NCBI GenBank assembly: GCA_963765575.1 | Contig: CAVXWZ010000011.1 | Location: 384,001-448,000 of the forward strand | DNA from: an uncultured cyanobacterium | GTDB lineage: Bacteria; Cyanobacteriota; Cyanobacteriia; PCC-6307; Cyanobiaceae | Reading direction: 5' to 3' | DNA length: 64,000 bases | In this document: piece after piece, positions 44,843 to 57,684 of the stretch | How positions within the stretch are numbered: position 1 is the stretch's first letter | Layout of the letters: each line of letters begins with the position of its first letter | The notes under the pieces: model-generated | The model's input: the letters and a program-made list of their open reading frames with translations, nothing else | Told to the model about the DNA's origin: nothing | The model's database searches: none | Made by a program: the position numbers and the translations under genes

Positions 44843-45791
44843 GGTAGTTGATCTGCGGACCCACCGGTACCACGCCTGTTGGGTTGATCATGGCGTGGCT
44901 CTGGTAGTAGTGACCTTTGATGTGCTGGAGATTCACCGTCTCCGCAACCCCGGGCTGCTGGTAGAGGTCGCAGGTGTAGGCGAAGAGATTGGGGTAGTCG
45001 ATCAGTCGCCTGAGGTTGCACTTGAAGTGCCCCACATACACCGGATCAAAGCGCACCAGCGTGGTGAACAGGCGCCAGTCGGCCTCGCTGAGCACGGAGC
45101 CCATCAGATAGCGCCGGGAGGCCAGGTGCTCATCGAGCCCATCGAGGCTGGTGAACAGGGGGTCGAGGGCCTCTTCGTAGGCCTGCTGGGTGGTGGCGAA
45201 GCCACAGCGGTAGACGCCATTGTTCACCGTGCGGTAGATGCGATCGTTGAGCGCATCGATCTCGCCGCGCAATTCCAGTGGGTAGAAGTCTCCCTGCCGG
45301 GCGCCGAGGTGATCGAAGGCGCTGTTGAACATGCGGATGATGTCTGACGACTCATTGCTCACGACCGTGCGCTGGGTTTTGTCCCACAGCACCGGCACGG
45401 TCACCCGGCCGCTGTAGTGGGGATCGGCCCGGGTGTAGAGCTGGTGCAGCATGTCCGCCCCCTCATTGGGATCCGGCACCACCCCCTCGCCGGGGTTGAA
45501 GGTCCAGCCCTGGTCGCCCATGTACCAATGCACCACGGACACCGGGATCAGCTCCTCCAGCCCCTTGAGGGCGCGCACGATCAGGGTGCGGTGGGCCCAG
45601 GGACAGGCCAGGGACACATAGAGGTGGTAGCGGTCGGCTTCGGCCGCAAAGCCGCCGGAGCCGCTGGGCCCCGCCGCCCCAGCGGCGGTGATCCAGTTGC
45701 GGAAGGCCGCGCTCGAGCGTTCAAAGCGGCCGCCGGTGCTGCTGGTGTCGTACCACTGATCCGTCCAGACCCCATCCACCAGCAGGCCCAT
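44781..45791 (-). CDS. Xi-class glutathionyl-hydroquinone reductase (YqjG/ECM4)
   Basis: MGLLVDG, SLACPWAHR, TVPVLWD, NNGVY, RFDPVY. Confidence 0.93.
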   Translation of the reverse strand: MGLLVDGVWTDQWYDTSSTGGRFERSSAAFRNWITAAGAAGPSGSGGFAAEADRYHLYVSLACPWAHRTLIVRALKGLEELIPVSVVHWYMGDQGWTFNPGEGVVPDPNEGADMLHQLYTRADPHYSGRVTVPVLWDKTQRTVVSNESSDIIRMFNSAFDHLGARQGDFYPLELRGEIDALNDRIYRTVNNGVYRCGFATTQQAYEEALDPLFTSLDGLDEHLASRRYLMGSVLSEADWRLFTTLVRFDPVYVGHFKCNLRRLIDYPNLFAYTCDLYQQPGVAETVNLQHIKGHYYQSHAMINPTGVVPVGPQINYLTPHGRERLAAPGIRSHRSG

Positions 45792-45913
45792 GACCGTCGT
45801 TTGCGCGCTGGCGGACCCTAACGGCCCACCACGGCCCGCCGGCCCCGATCGGTGGGTGCTGGAGCTGATCGGAACGGATGTGGGAAGGTAAGGGCCTCGG
45901 CAGGGCTGCACGG

Positions 45914-46354
45914 GTGGATCAGAGCTCCTCGGTGGCCGGTCTGGCCCGCGCCATTCAGCTGTCCGTGGCGCCGGTGTTCCTGCTCACCGGCATCGCCGGC
46001 CTGCTCAACATCTTCACCGGACGGCTCGCCCGCATCGTCGATCGAGCCCGCGTGGTGCAAGTGGCCCAGGAGGACGCCGACCCGTTCCACGCCGAAGGAC
46101 TGGAGCGGATCCTGCAGGTGCAGCGGCGGCGCACCTTTCTGATCAACCGCGCCATTCTCTGCACGGGCATCACCGCGCTGCTGGTGGCTTCCGTGGTGGC
46201 GGTGCTGTTCATCAGTGCGGTGGCGGCCCTGGATCTGGCAGTGATTGTGGTGCCGATTTTTGTGTTGGCGATGCTGTCACTGATCGCGGGCCTGGTGTTC
46301 TTCCTGGTGGAAGTGCAGCTGGCGATTCGTCAGAATCCAAAGCGCTATTACTGA
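45914..46354 (+). CDS. DUF2721-type membrane protein
   Basis: IQLSVAPVFLL...RLARIVDRAR, FLVEV. Confidence 0.85.
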   Translation: MDQSSSVAGLARAIQLSVAPVFLLTGIAGLLNIFTGRLARIVDRARVVQVAQEDADPFHAEGLERILQVQRRRTFLINRAILCTGITALLVASVVAVLFISAVAALDLAVIVVPIFVLAMLSLIAGLVFFLVEVQLAIRQNPKRYY

Positions 46355-46497
46355 GCCATTTCACCCCAAGGGCCTTCACCCCAAGCTGCTTGATTCAGCG
46401 GTGGTTCATCCACGGTTCTGGGCGCTTGGTGCTGGGCGCTGGGCGCTGCACCCAGGGCACGACACCCAGGGCACGACACCCAGACGGTTCTTCTGAA

Positions 46498-46571
46498 CGC
46501 CCCCTGTTGGACTCGAACCAACGACCGGCCGCTTAGAAGGCGGCTGCTCTATCCAGCTGAGCTAAGGGAGC
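46498..46571 (-). tRNA. tRNA-Arg(UCU)
   Basis: Cloverleaf: GCTCCCT/AGGGGGC acceptor, GCCGC-CTTCTAA-GCGGC anticodon arm, GTTCGAGTC T-loop; CCA not encoded. Confidence 0.96.
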
Positions 46572-46669
46572 CCAAGCACGGCCATTCTGGCAACTGAGGC
46601 GCCGCCTGCTCCCTTTGCTGGGCCATCGACGGGGCCTCTAGAGTTGCTGGCTGCTCAAACGCACCGCCG

Positions 46670-47517
<848 letters not shown>

Positions 47518-47539
<22 letters not shown>

Positions 47540-47760
47540 TCCGGCCGGCCCGCCAGCAGGGCCACGCTGCAGCCGCCGCTCACCACGCCCACCGCCAGGG
47601 CCACGCCCACCAGAAAGCCACTGGGCAGGGCTGTGCTGCTGCCCACTCCCAGCCAGAGGCGGGGGCGATCCTCAAGGTTCTGGGCGCCAAGGCAGAGGAT
47701 CAGCAGGAGCAGAATCCCGCCGCCGAGGCTGGCCAGCAGCAGTCGCGCGCGCAGCAGCAT
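47518..47760 (-). CDS. Small 2-TM membrane protein (LapA-like)
   Basis: LCLGAQNL...LPSGFLVG. Confidence 0.65.
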
Positions 47761-47801
47761 GGCGCCGGTGGCAATGGGTCGTGCTGGCTGAGTCTGCCTG
47801 C

Positions 47802-48698
47802 TCAACCGGCCTCCGGCCCGTGCAACAGGGCGTAGAGGGCCCGGCGGCTGTGGCCGCTGCTCTCGGCCAGCTGGCGGGCGGCATCGCGGCCGCTGAGGCC
47901 GCCCGCCACCAGCTGGCGCAGATCGGCCTGCAGGGCCTGAGGGTCCCAGGCGGGGGGCTCGGCCGGGGCGGCACCGCCCAGCACCAGGGTGCATTCGCCC
48001 AGCGGCGGCACCCGGCGGAAGTGCTCCAGGGCGGCGCCCACGCTGGGCCCCACCTGCTGTTCGTGGCGTTTGGTGAGCTCCCGGGCCACCCGCAGCGGCC
48101 GATCGCCCAGCACGGCCAGGAGGTCTTCCAGCAGCTCCAGCAGCCGGTGCGGCGCCTCGAACAGCACCAGCGTGCGCTCCTCGCCGGCCAGCTGCTGCAG
48201 CCGTTGGCGCCGCTGGCTGGCCTTGGCGGGCAGGAAGCCCTCGAAGCAGAACCGGCCGCAGGGCAGGCCGCTGCTCACCAGGGCGGTGGTCACGGCGCTG
48301 GGGCCGGGCACGCAGATCACCGGCAGCCCGGCGGCGCGGGCGGCGGCCACCAGGTCCTCGCCGGGATCGGAGATGCCCGGCAGGCCGGCGTCGCTGATCA
48401 CCGCCACCGCCTCACCGCCGGCGAGGGCCGCGAGCAGCTCGGGAATGCGGCGGCTCTGGTTGTGCTGGTGGAAGCTCACCAGGCGGGGGCCGCGGCCCTG
48501 CCCGCGCTCGCGCAGGCCCAGCTGGTGCAGCAGCAGGCCGCTGCGGCGGGTGTCTTCGCAGGCCAGGCGATCCACCCCGGCCAGCACGTGGCGGGCGCGG
48601 GGGCTGAGGTCACCCAGGTTGCCGATCGGTGTGCCCACCAGGTAGAGCACCCCGGCGGCGGGTTCGGTCCCTGGCGGTGGTGGTGGGGGGCTGGGCAC
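47802..48698 (-). CDS. rsmI: 16S rRNA C1402 2'-O-methyltransferase
   Basis: [34 protein letters not shown]. Confidence 0.95.
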   Translation of the reverse strand: MPSPPPPPPGTEPAAGVLYLVGTPIGNLGDLSPRARHVLAGVDRLACEDTRRSGLLLHQLGLRERGQGRGPRLVSFHQHNQSRRIPELLAALAGGEAVAVISDAGLPGISDPGEDLVAAARAAGLPVICVPGPSAVTTALVSSGLPCGRFCFEGFLPAKASQRRQRLQQLAGEERTLVLFEAPHRLLELLEDLLAVLGDRPLRVARELTKRHEQQVGPSVGAALEHFRRVPPLGECTLVLGGAAPAEPPAWDPQALQADLRQLVAGGLSGRDAARQLAESSGHSRRALYALLHGPEAG

Positions 48699-48735
48699 CG
48701 GGCTCCTGCACAATGCAGGCCCCAGTCTGTTGCCG

Positions 48736-49680
48736 ATGGCCGCCCCTTCCTCCGCGTCGCTGGCGCTTCCCTCCGGCATCGGCCTGGAGGCCCTGCTGGC
48801 GGAAGTGCGCCGCCTGTGCTGGGGCGCTGCCGACATCCTCGGCGCCTACGGCCGGGGCGAGCAGCCCCCCTACGGCTTCCCCCGGGCCCTGAGTGTGGAC
48901 GAGGGCGGCGAGGGTCCGGTGAGCGCGGCGGATCTGGCGGTGAACCGCTGGCTGCTCGATGGCCTCGGCCAGGCCTTCCCCACGGCCGACTGGACCCTGC
49001 TGAGCGAGGAAACCGCCAAGGAGCAGCTCACCCACGGCGTGCCGCTGGCGGCCGAGTGGCTGTGGATCCTCGATCCCCTCGATGGCACCAAAGACTTCCT
49101 GCAGGGCACCGGCGAGTACGCCGTGCATCTGGCCCTCGCCCATCGCGGCGAGCCGGTGCTGGGGGTGGTGCTGCTGCCGGAGCTGGAGCAGCTGTGGCTG
49201 GGGGTGACCGAGCCGCTGGCGGGCGAGCCCGGCCAGGCCTGGTGCGAAGACCGCGCCGGCGGCCGCACGCCGGTGCGTTTCAGCGCGCGGCGGCAACTGG
49301 GCGAGCTGGTGCTGGTGGCCAGCCGCAACCACCGCGATGCCCGCCTGGAGCAGCTGCTGGCGGCGCTGCAGCTGGGCGACACCAAGGCGATCGGCAGCGT
49401 GGGCGGCAAGGTGGCCACGATCCTGCGCGGCGAAACCGATCTGTATGTGTCGCTGTCGGGCAAGAGCGCCCCGAAGGACTGGGACATGGCCGCCCCCCAC
49501 GCCGTGCTGCAGGCCGCCGGCGGTGCCTTCAGCCACGCCGATGGCCGGCCCCTCAGCTACAACACCGGCGATGTGCGCCAGGCCGGCTGCCTGATCGCCA
49601 GCCATGGCCGGGCCCACGGCGAGCTTTGCGAGCGGGCCGCGGCGGCGCTGGCGGTGATCGATCCGGGCTTTGCGGTGTGA
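48736..49680 (+). CDS. cysQ: 3'(2'),5'-bisphosphate nucleotidase
   Basis: [22 protein letters not shown]. Confidence 0.9.
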   Translation: MAAPSSASLALPSGIGLEALLAEVRRLCWGAADILGAYGRGEQPPYGFPRALSVDEGGEGPVSAADLAVNRWLLDGLGQAFPTADWTLLSEETAKEQLTHGVPLAAEWLWILDPLDGTKDFLQGTGEYAVHLALAHRGEPVLGVVLLPELEQLWLGVTEPLAGEPGQAWCEDRAGGRTPVRFSARRQLGELVLVASRNHRDARLEQLLAALQLGDTKAIGSVGGKVATILRGETDLYVSLSGKSAPKDWDMAAPHAVLQAAGGAFSHADGRPLSYNTGDVRQAGCLIASHGRAHGELCERAAAALAVIDPGFAV

Positions 49681-49709
49681 CGGGCCTGGCGGAATCAGAG
49701 GACCAGGCC

Positions 49710-51864
49710 TCAGAAGCCGGGCAGCCGGGGTGGCTGCGCGGCTGAAAGAGCCGGCTTCGGGCTGGGGAACGCCACGCAGGGTGAGGTTGATGCGGCCGCG
49801 GTTGTCGATCTCGCGCACGCGCACGGTGACCTGATCGCCCACGTTGACCACGTCTTCCACCTTCTCCACGCGCGATTCGGAGAGCTGGGAGATGTGGATC
49901 ATCCCCTCCTTGCCGGGCAGGATCTCCACGAAGGCGCCGATCGGGATCACGCGGGTGACGCCACCGGTGAACACCTCGCCCTCGCTGACGCGACGGGTGA
50001 GGCCCTCGATGATGCGCTGGGCCTCCTCGGCGGCGGCACCGTCGTGGCTGGCGATGGTGACCACGCCGCCATCTTCGATGTCGATCTTGGTGTTGGTGCG
50101 CTCGGTGATGCCCTTGATCGTGCGGCCGCCGGGGCCGATCACGGTGCCGATCAGCTCCGGATCAATGCGGAAGCTGAGCAGGCGCGGGGCGTGGGGGCTG
50201 AGGGTGTCGCGGGGCTTCTCGATCGCCTCCAGCATCTTCTCGAGGATGTGCAGCCGGGCCGGACGGGCCTGGTTGACGGCCTCGGCGATGGTCTTCACCG
50301 CCAGTCCGCTGATCTTCATGTCCATCTGCAGGGCGGTGATGCCCTTCTCGGTGCCGGCCACCTTGAAGTCCATGTCGCCGAGGAAATCCTCGATGCCCTG
50401 GATGTCGGTGAGGATGCGCACCTCATCGCCCTCCTTGATCAGGCCCATGGCGGCGCCGCTCACGGGGGCCTTGAGGGGCACGCCGGCATCCATCAGCGCC
50501 AGGGTGCTGCCGCACACCGAACCCATCGAGGTGGAGCCGTTGGAGCTGAGGCATTCCGACACCACGCGCAGCACGTAGGGGAAGCTCTCCTTGGGGGGCA
50601 GCACGGGCACGATCGCCCGCTCGGCCAGGGCGCCGTGACCGACTTCGCGGCGGCCGGGGGAGCGCATCGGCCGGGTTTCGCCGACCGAATAGGGCGGGAA
50701 GTTGTAGTGGTGCAGGTAGGTCTTCTCACCCATGGGGTTGAGGTCGTCCATCTCCTGGGCATCGCTGGGGGTGCCGAGGGTGGCGGTGGAGAGCACCTGG
50801 GTGAGCCCACGCTGGAACAGCCCCGAGCCATGCACCCGCTTGGGCAGCACACCCACGGCGGCACTGATCGGACGCACTTCATCGAGGTTGCGGCCATCGA
50901 CCCGCTTGCCCTCGCCCACGATCTGGGCGCGCATCAGCTTCTTGGTGATGCCCTTGTAGGTGTTGCCGAGGGCCTTGCCGGCGGCGGCCAGGCGGATCGG
51001 ATCGTCGTCGGAGAGGGCGGCGATCTTCTGGGCCACACCAGCCTTGATCCCATCGAGCTGGGCGTCGCGCTCCGCCTTGGTGAGGCTGAACTGCTTGAGC
51101 ACCTCACCGATGCCAGCGCCGCATTCCTGCTCCAGGAAGGTGGGCAGGGCGGGATCCAGCACCTGTGCTTCCGGGAACACCTGCTCGATGCCCAGCTCGG
51201 AGAGAAGGGTCTGCTGGGCCTTGATCAGTTCGCCCACGGCTTCGTAGCCGAAGTCGATCGCTTCGATCACGTCCTGTTCGGGCAGCTGGTTGGCGCCCGC
51301 TTCCACCATCACCACACCGGAGGGGGTGCCGGCCACCACCAGATCGAGCTCGGAGCGCTCGATTTCGCGGTAGCTGGGGTTGAGGATGAAGTCGTCGCCG
51401 AGCAGGCCGACGCGCACGGCCGCCATCGGGCCGTTGAAGGGGATCTTGGCCAGCAGGGTGGCAATCGAGGCGCCGGTGACCGCCAGCACATCGGGCGGTA
51501 CCCGCTCATCCAGCGACAGGCAGGTGGCCACCACCTGGAGGTCGTCGCGCAGCCAGGAGGGGAACAGGGGCCGCAGCGGGCGGTCGATCAGGCGGGTGGT
51601 GAGGATGGCGCGCTCGGGGGGGCGGCCTTCGCGGCGAAAGAAGCTGCCCGGGATGCGACCGGCGGCGTAGAGGCGCTCTTCGTAGTCGCAGGTGAGCGGC
51701 AGAAAGTCGATGCCTTCGCGGCCTTTGGAGCGGGTGGCCGTGACCAGCACGGCGGTGTCCCCGCATTCAACCAATACAGAACCCCCGGCCTGGGGGGCAT
51801 ACACGCCTGTGGTCAGCCGGATCTCCCGACCATCGAAGGAGACCGACTGAGTTTGTCCTTGCAC
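49710..51864 (-). CDS. pnp: Polyribonucleotide nucleotidyltransferase (true stop probably ~49710)
   Basis: [39 protein letters not shown] and S1 domains; ORF runs on through cysQ, probably via a 3' indel. Confidence 0.95.
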
Positions 51865-51937
51865 GTGGGCTTATCTCTTTTTGTCAGATTTGATTCTCGC
51901 ATCCGGCCCCCCGCAGGGGGGGCGCTGGCAGCTGCAG

Positions 51938-52240
51938 CTACCAGGACGACTTGACCACGCCGGGCAGCTCGCCCTTGTGGGCGCGCTCGCGCAGCTGGTT
52001 GCGGCAGAGGCCGAAATCGCGGTACACACCGCGGGGTTTGCCGGTGGCCCAGCAGCGGTTGCGCACGCGGTTGGGGGCGCTGTTGCGGGGCAGATTCTGG
52101 ATCTTGCGGTGGATCTCCAGCCGCGACATCGGATCACTGGCGGCCTCGAAGGCGGCCTTGAGGGCAGCGCGCTTGGCGGCGAAGCGCTCCACGGTTTTCT
52201 TGCGCTTCACATCGCGCGCAATCATCGACTTCTTCGCCAT
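51938..52240 (-). CDS. rpsN: 30S ribosomal protein S14
   Basis: MAKKSMIAR...LPGVVKSSW. Confidence 0.97.
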   Translation of the reverse strand: MAKKSMIARDVKRKKTVERFAAKRAALKAAFEAASDPMSRLEIHRKIQNLPRNSAPNRVRNRCWATGKPRGVYRDFGLCRNQLRERAHKGELPGVVKSSW

Positions 52241-52290
52241 GCGGGCAGCGGATCCAGGGTGAACGCAGGTGACCACCATACCGCCAGGGC

Positions 52291-52959
52291 TTACGCCGCG
52301 CCGCTGGCGGCAGCCATGGAGGCGCCCGTGGGGCAGAGGGCGGCGATCGGGCAGCTGGCGCAGAGCGGTTTGCGGGCGCCGCAGACGGCGCGGCCGTGGA
52401 AGATCAGGCGGATCGAGAGGTTCTGCCACTCGGCGCGGGGCAGCAGCTTCATCAGATCCGGCTCGATGCGGCGCGGCTCGCTGTGGCGGCTGAGGCGCAG
52501 GCGCTGGGCCAGCCGGCCCACGTGGGTGTCCACGGTGACGCCGGCATTGATGCCGTAGGCCCAGGCCAGCACCACCGAGGCGGTTTTGCGCGCCACGCCG
52601 GGCAGCAGCAGCAGCTCCTCCATCGTGCGCGGCACGGCGCCGCCATGGCGCTCGATCAGCAGCTGCGAGGCGCCCACGATGGCCTTGGCCTTGTTGCGGA
52701 AGAAGCCGGCGGAGTGCACGTAGGGCTCCAGCTCGGCCGGCGTGGCGGCGGCGGCGGCGGCGGCATCGGGGAAGCGGGCGAACAGGGCCGGGGTGATGCG
52801 GTTGACCCGCTCGTCGGTGCACTGGGCCGAGAGCATGGTGGCCACCAGCAGCTCATAGGGGGTGGCCCAGGTGAGCGAGCAGGTGGCGTGGGGGTAGAGC
52901 TCGCCGAGGCGCGCCAGGATCAGCGGCGCCCTGCTGCGGGCACTGGCGAAGCGCGGCAT
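52291..52959 (-). CDS. nth: Endonuclease III
   Basis: [21 protein letters not shown]-terminal 4Fe-4S Cys cluster. Confidence 0.95.
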   Translation of the reverse strand: MPRFASARSRAPLILARLGELYPHATCSLTWATPYELLVATMLSAQCTDERVNRITPALFARFPDAAAAAAATPAELEPYVHSAGFFRNKAKAIVGASQLLIERHGGAVPRTMEELLLLPGVARKTASVVLAWAYGINAGVTVDTHVGRLAQRLRLSRHSEPRRIEPDLMKLLPRAEWQNLSIRLIFHGRAVCGARKPLCASCPIAALCPTGASMAAASGAA

Positions 52960-52972
52960 GGGTTGGGCTGGA

Positions 52973-54061
52973 TCAGCGGGCGAGCAGTTGCTGCACCGCC
53001 GGCAGCTGGGAGGTGTCCTTGACGATCAGCACCAGGCTGAGGCCCACCAGGAACACGAAGCCCGACTGCATGAAGGCCATCTGGAAGCGCTCGGGCAGGG
53101 GCCGGCCGCGCACGCCCTCGAGCAGCAGCAGCATGAACTGACCGCCGTCGAGCAGGGGCAGGGGCAGGGCGTTGAGCACCGCCAGGTTGATCGAGATCAG
53201 GGCGGTGAACAGGAACAGGCTGCTGCCTCCCTGCTGGGCGAAGGAGGCGCCAATCTCGACGATCTTCACCGGGCCACTCACCTGGCCGGCGGTTTCGCCG
53301 AAGTGGGTGACCAGGGTGAGGAAGCCGCCGGCGGTGCGGCTGAGCAGGGTGGAGAAGTCGCGGTTGGCCTGGCGGATCGGTTCGAGGGGGCCGCGGGCGG
53401 GGCGGTAGGCCTCCTCGCCGAAGGGTTGCAGCTGGGCGCCGACGCGGCCGGTGCCATCGCGATCGGCGGGGGTGAGCTGGAGCTGCACCTGGCTGCCGCC
53501 GCGCTCGGCCACCAGCTCCAGCGACCGGCTGGGGGACGACTGGATGCGCTCCACCAGCTCGACCACGGCCTGCTGGCCCCCGGCCAGGGTCTCGCCGCCC
53601 AGGCTGAGGATGCGATCACCGGCTTGCAGGCCGGCGGCGGCGGCGGGCTGGCCGCTCTGCACGCCGCTCACGAGCACGCCCGGGGTGGCACTGAAGCCGG
53701 CGGGGATGCCCACCACAACGCCCTGGCCCACCAGCACCAGCCAGGCCAGCAGCAGGTTGGCGAGCACGCCGGCGGCGATCACCAGGGCGCGCTGGGGCAG
53801 GGGGCGGTTGGAGAGCAGGTTGGGGTCGTCCTTGGGGATCGAGCTGCCGGCCTCGTCGTCGGGGAAAGCCACGAAGCCGCCCAGGGGAATGGCCCGCAGG
53901 GCGAACTGCACGCCGCGGCGCTGGCGCTGCAGCAGCACCGGCCCGAAGCCGATCGAGAAGCTGCTGACGCGGATGCCCTGCCAGGTGGCGGCGAGGAAGT
54001 GGCCGGCCTCATGCACCACGATCAGTCCGGCCAGGATCGCCAGTGCCGCCAGAACGCCCAT
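52973..54061 (-). CDS. rseP: RIP metalloprotease RseP
   Basis: HEAGH, IPLGGFV, PDZ domain, NALPLPLLDGG. Confidence 0.95.
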   Translation of the reverse strand: MGVLAALAILAGLIVVHEAGHFLAATWQGIRVSSFSIGFGPVLLQRQRRGVQFALRAIPLGGFVAFPDDEAGSSIPKDDPNLLSNRPLPQRALVIAAGVLANLLLAWLVLVGQGVVVGIPAGFSATPGVLVSGVQSGQPAAAAGLQAGDRILSLGGETLAGGQQAVVELVERIQSSPSRSLELVAERGGSQVQLQLTPADRDGTGRVGAQLQPFGEEAYRPARGPLEPIRQANRDFSTLLSRTAGGFLTLVTHFGETAGQVSGPVKIVEIGASFAQQGGSSLFLFTALISINLAVLNALPLPLLDGGQFMLLLLEGVRGRPLPERFQMAFMQSGFVFLVGLSLVLIVKDTSQLPAVQQLLAR

Positions 54062-54186
54062 CAGGCTCCGCTGTCTACGACCTCCATTGTGGGGGGAACC
54101 GTGCTGCACCGCTGCCTGGCAGCGCTGTGCTGGCTCAGCCCGCCCAGATCTCGGCCAGCTGCGGCTGCAGCCGCCGGGGCCGCCCG

Positions 54187-55464
54187 TCAGCTGATCGTGT
54201 CGCCGCCGAAGTAGGGCACCAGGGCGGCCGGGAGGGTCACCGAGCCATCGGCCTGCTGGCCGTTTTCGAGCAGGGCGGCCATGGTGCGGCCCACGGCGAG
54301 GCCGGAGCCGTTGAGGGTGTGCACGAGCTGGGTGCCCTTGGTGTCGGGGTCTTTGAAGCGGATCGAGGCGCGGCGGGCCTGGAAGTCGCCGCACACCGAG
54401 CAGCTGGAGATCTCGCGGTAGGTGCCGGCGCCGGGCAGCCACACCTCCAGATCGAAGGTGCGGGCGGCGGAGAAGCCCAGATCAGCGCCGCAGAGCTCGA
54501 TGCGGCGGTAGGGGAGGTTGAGGGTTTCGAGGATGGACTCGGCGTGGCGGGTGAGCTGCTCGTGGGCGGCGTCGGAGTCTTCGGGGCGGGTGAACCAGTA
54601 GAGCTCCACCTTGTTGAACTGGTGCAGGCGGATCAGGCCGCGGGTGTCGCGGCCGTAGGAGCCGGCCTCGCGGCGGAAGCAGGGGGTGTAGGCGCAGTAG
54701 CGCAGGGGCAGCTGCTCGGCCGGGATCACCTCGTCGCGGTGCAGGGAGGTGAGCGGCACCTCGGCGGTGGGGGTGAGCCAGAGGTCGTCGCCGGCGCACT
54801 GGAAGCTCTCCTCGGCGAACTTGGGCAGCTGGCCCGAACCGGTGAGGCTGGCGGAGTTCACCAGGATCGGCGGCAGCACCTCGGTGTAGCCGCGGGCGGT
54901 GTGCTGATCGAGCATGAAGCTGATCAGGGCGCGTTCGAGGCGGGCGCCGGCGCCGAGCAGGGTGATGAAGCGGCTCTGGGCGATGCGCACCGAACGCTCG
55001 CTGTCCCACAGCCCCAGGCGCTCGCCGATCTGCCAGTGCTCCTGCAGGCCGGCGGCCGGGCGCGGGTTGCCCCAGCGCTTGCACTCCACGTTGTCGGCCT
55101 CGCTGAGGCCGGCGGGAACTTCGGGGGCGGGCAGGTTGGGGAGGCTGAGCAGCTGCTCGCGCAGGCGGGCTTCGAGGCCCTTCTCCTCGTCTTCCAGCAC
55201 CGCCACCTGCTGCTTGACGCGGTTGCCGCTCTGGCGCAGCTCGGCCACGTCGGGGCCATCGGCAGCGGCGCCGGCGCGGATCAGCTGGCCCACCTGCTTG
55301 CCGATGCGGTTGCCTTCGGCCTGGAGCTCGCTGCGGCGCTGCTCGAGGTCGCGTTCCTGCTCAGCCACCAGCTGCAGGCCGGTGAGATCGACCGCCAGGC
55401 CGCGGCGGGCGAGCTGCTCCACGATCTGCTCGGGGTGTTGGCGCAGCAGGCGCTGATCGAGCAC
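54187..55464 (-). CDS. serS: Serine--tRNA ligase
   Basis: GQLPKF, TAEV, FRREAG, EISSCS, LNGSGLA. Confidence 0.97.
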   Translation of the reverse strand: MLDQRLLRQHPEQIVEQLARRGLAVDLTGLQLVAEQERDLEQRRSELQAEGNRIGKQVGQLIRAGAAADGPDVAELRQSGNRVKQQVAVLEDEEKGLEARLREQLLSLPNLPAPEVPAGLSEADNVECKRWGNPRPAAGLQEHWQIGERLGLWDSERSVRIAQSRFITLLGAGARLERALISFMLDQHTARGYTEVLPPILVNSASLTGSGQLPKFAEESFQCAGDDLWLTPTAEVPLTSLHRDEVIPAEQLPLRYCAYTPCFRREAGSYGRDTRGLIRLHQFNKVELYWFTRPEDSDAAHEQLTRHAESILETLNLPYRRIELCGADLGFSAARTFDLEVWLPGAGTYREISSCSVCGDFQARRASIRFKDPDTKGTQLVHTLNGSGLAVGRTMAALLENGQQADGSVTLPAALVPYFGGDTIS

Positions 55465-55521
55465 GGCGGGCTGTGGTGGCGGCCGGAAGACTAGGGGGCC
55501 GCCAAGGGCGGGATCAGCGGC

Positions 55522-55803
55522 TCAGAGCACCTGCACCACTTCGGCGATCTCGGGGATGGCCTCACGCAGCTTGCGCTCGATGCCCATCTTGAGGGTCATG
55601 GTGCTGCTGGGGCAGCTGCCGCAGGCGCCCTGCAGCCGCACCTTCACGATCGGCCCCTCGATTTCCACCACCTCGACGTTGCCGCCGTCGGCCATGAGGT
55701 AGGGACGCAGTTCATCGAGGTTGCGCTCCACGTTCTCGACCGTGAGGGCGCGGGGATCGCTGCTGGCGGTGTCGCTGGTGGTGTCGGTGGCGGAGCTGGT
55801 CAT
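55522..55803 (-). CDS. nfuA: NifU/NfuA-type Fe-S scaffold
   Basis: [19 protein letters not shown]. Confidence 0.92.
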   Translation of the reverse strand: MTSSATDTTSDTASSDPRALTVENVERNLDELRPYLMADGGNVEVVEIEGPIVKVRLQGACGSCPSSTMTLKMGIERKLREAIPEIAEVVQVL

Positions 55804-55829
55804 GGCGGCTCGGGAGCTGGACTGTGATC

Positions 55830-56486
55830 TTAGGAATCGCTCGCCACGCCTGGCTGGGATGGGGCGCCGGGCTTGGCTGCGGCGCTGGGCGGTGAGATGA
55901 GGCTGAGCAGCAGGGTGTCGTTGGGTTCGGGCATCCCGGCGGCCCGCCACTGCTTCGTGAGCTGCTCGAGCTCCTTCTGGTAGCGCCGCTGACGCTTCGC
56001 CAGCAGGGCGATGTAGACGAGCCCGGGAATCAGCAGGCAGAGCAGCAGCAGCACGGTGATCAGCACCTGCCGCCGGCCGATGGCGGGCTGGGGGTAGGGC
56101 CGGCCGGTGCTGATCGCCCAGATCAGGGCCATCACGGAGCGCGGCTGCTTCTTGATCGCCTGGTTGAGCTGCTGGAGGTCGTACCAGGCGGCCCGTGAGG
56201 GCGTCCAGGTGATGCCGGCGCTGCGCAGCAGGCGCAGCAGGGCCCGGCGGCGTTGGCGCAGGCCCTGCTCCAGCTCCCGGATGGGGATGCGCATGATCAG
56301 CTGGCCGTCGCTGTCATTGAGGGCGTAGCTCAGCCGGCAGGGGTGGGAGTGCTCGGCGCTGGCGCGGTCGCCCGGGGGCAGGTTGTGGTGCCGCCAGGCG
56401 AATTCCTGGGCCACCCCGAAGAGCAGCTGGGCATCGGTGTTGGCGATGGAGAGCGCGGGCGCATCCGGGCCGGCAGTGGAGACCAT
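55830..56486 (-). CDS. Hypothetical membrane protein
   Basis: ATG 56486 just after the pilin stop; TM segment [13 protein letters not shown]. Confidence 0.6.
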   Translation of the reverse strand: MVSTAGPDAPALSIANTDAQLLFGVAQEFAWRHHNLPPGDRASAEHSHPCRLSYALNDSDGQLIMRIPIRELEQGLRQRRRALLRLLRSAGITWTPSRAAWYDLQQLNQAIKKQPRSVMALIWAISTGRPYPQPAIGRRQVLITVLLLLCLLIPGLVYIALLAKRQRRYQKELEQLTKQWRAAGMPEPNDTLLLSLISPPSAAAKPGAPSQPGVASDS

Positions 56487-56494
56487 GGGCGGGA

Positions 56495-57144
56495 TCAGTC
56501 GACGAAGGGCCGCGAGCCGGTGCGCAGCGCCGAGGGTGCGGGTGACGGCGTTGCCGAAGCCCTGGGTGGCCGTGAAGGTGTTGGGGGCCACGGGCTCCAC
56601 GCTGATCTCAACCGTGGCGGTGTTGCAGTCGTCGTTGGGTGTTCGAAAGCTCGTGACACCGCGCATCACCAGCTGGTCGTTGTTGTTGTTGTTTGGATCT
56701 AGCTGGCCGTTGGCGAGAATGGCGGGGCCATTTCGCACGAGGTTGGTTCACCTGCGCCGGGCCGAAATAGCGAACAACGCGTGTGCCCGCCGGGGCGTTG
56801 TTGGCATCCAGCAGGGTCACCCGCATGCGCAGTTGGTTGCGCTGAGCGGTGTCGCAGGTGGGGTCTGCTGCGGTCGCAGTCGCGGGCAGAGAGGCGGCAT
56901 TGGTGCCGAGCTGGCAGGCGTCGTTGGCTTCGCTGCTGATCAGGGTGGTGAGGCGATCGAGATCGCGCTCCAGCTGGGTTTGCCAGATGGTGGCCTCCAA
57001 AAACTGGATGGAGCCCCGGATCGTGGTCCAGATCAGGGGCACGAACAGGCCGCTGATCACCAGCGCTACCAGCAGCTCCACCAGGGTGACGCCGGCTGCC
57101 GGGGCGGGCGGGGCTGGGGACAGGAGGGGGGAATAGCGCTTCAT
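56495..57144 (-). CDS. Type IV minor pilin (PilW-like), frameshifted
   Basis: G/VTLVELLVAL prepilin motif; C-terminus pieced across frames to ...RTGSRPFVD stop. Confidence 0.75.
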
Positions 57145-57148
57145 GGCG

Positions 57149-57684
57149 TCAGACGCGGCTCCATTCGTTGCAGGTGCCGCTGGATGCCTGGTTGTTGCGG
57201 CCCACCTCGAGCACGCCGATCAGGCCGACAAGGCGGATGCAGCGCAGGGGCGGCACGTTGTTCACAGCCACATTGAGGGTGATGCCGGTGGCGGTGGCCA
57301 CGGTGCCCCGGGGGTGAACACGAAGTGGGCCGGGTTGGCGGCGATCTGGCGGTGGGGGCGTTGAAGGAGAGATCCGGCACCGTGAGGGTGTTCTGGGGGG
57401 CGCAGGCGGCTGGGGCGATGGTGGCCATCACGGCGCCGGGGGCGAGGTTGCCGTTGTTGATGGTGACAGTGCACTGGGCATCGCCGGCGTGGGCGTTGAA
57501 GCGGGTGGCGTCGCGGTTCACCTGATCCAGCCAGCCGGCAGTTCCGAGACCACGGTGTTGGCGCGTTCGCGGCGGGCGATGTTGAGCAGTGAGCCGCCGC
57601 CCACGGCGGCGATCACGCCCAGGATCACGATCACCACCAGGAGTTCAATGAGCGTGTAGCCGCTGGCGGGGAGGAGCGTTTCAT
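57149..57684 (-). CDS. Type IV minor pilin (FimT/FimU-like), frameshifted
   Basis: G/YTLIELLVVIVILG motif; several frame changes. Confidence 0.75.

Noticed and set aside
48610..51864. 1084-aa extended PNPase
   Set aside because: The extension is antisense to cysQ; a stop lies at ~49710 in a neighbouring frame just after the S1 domain.
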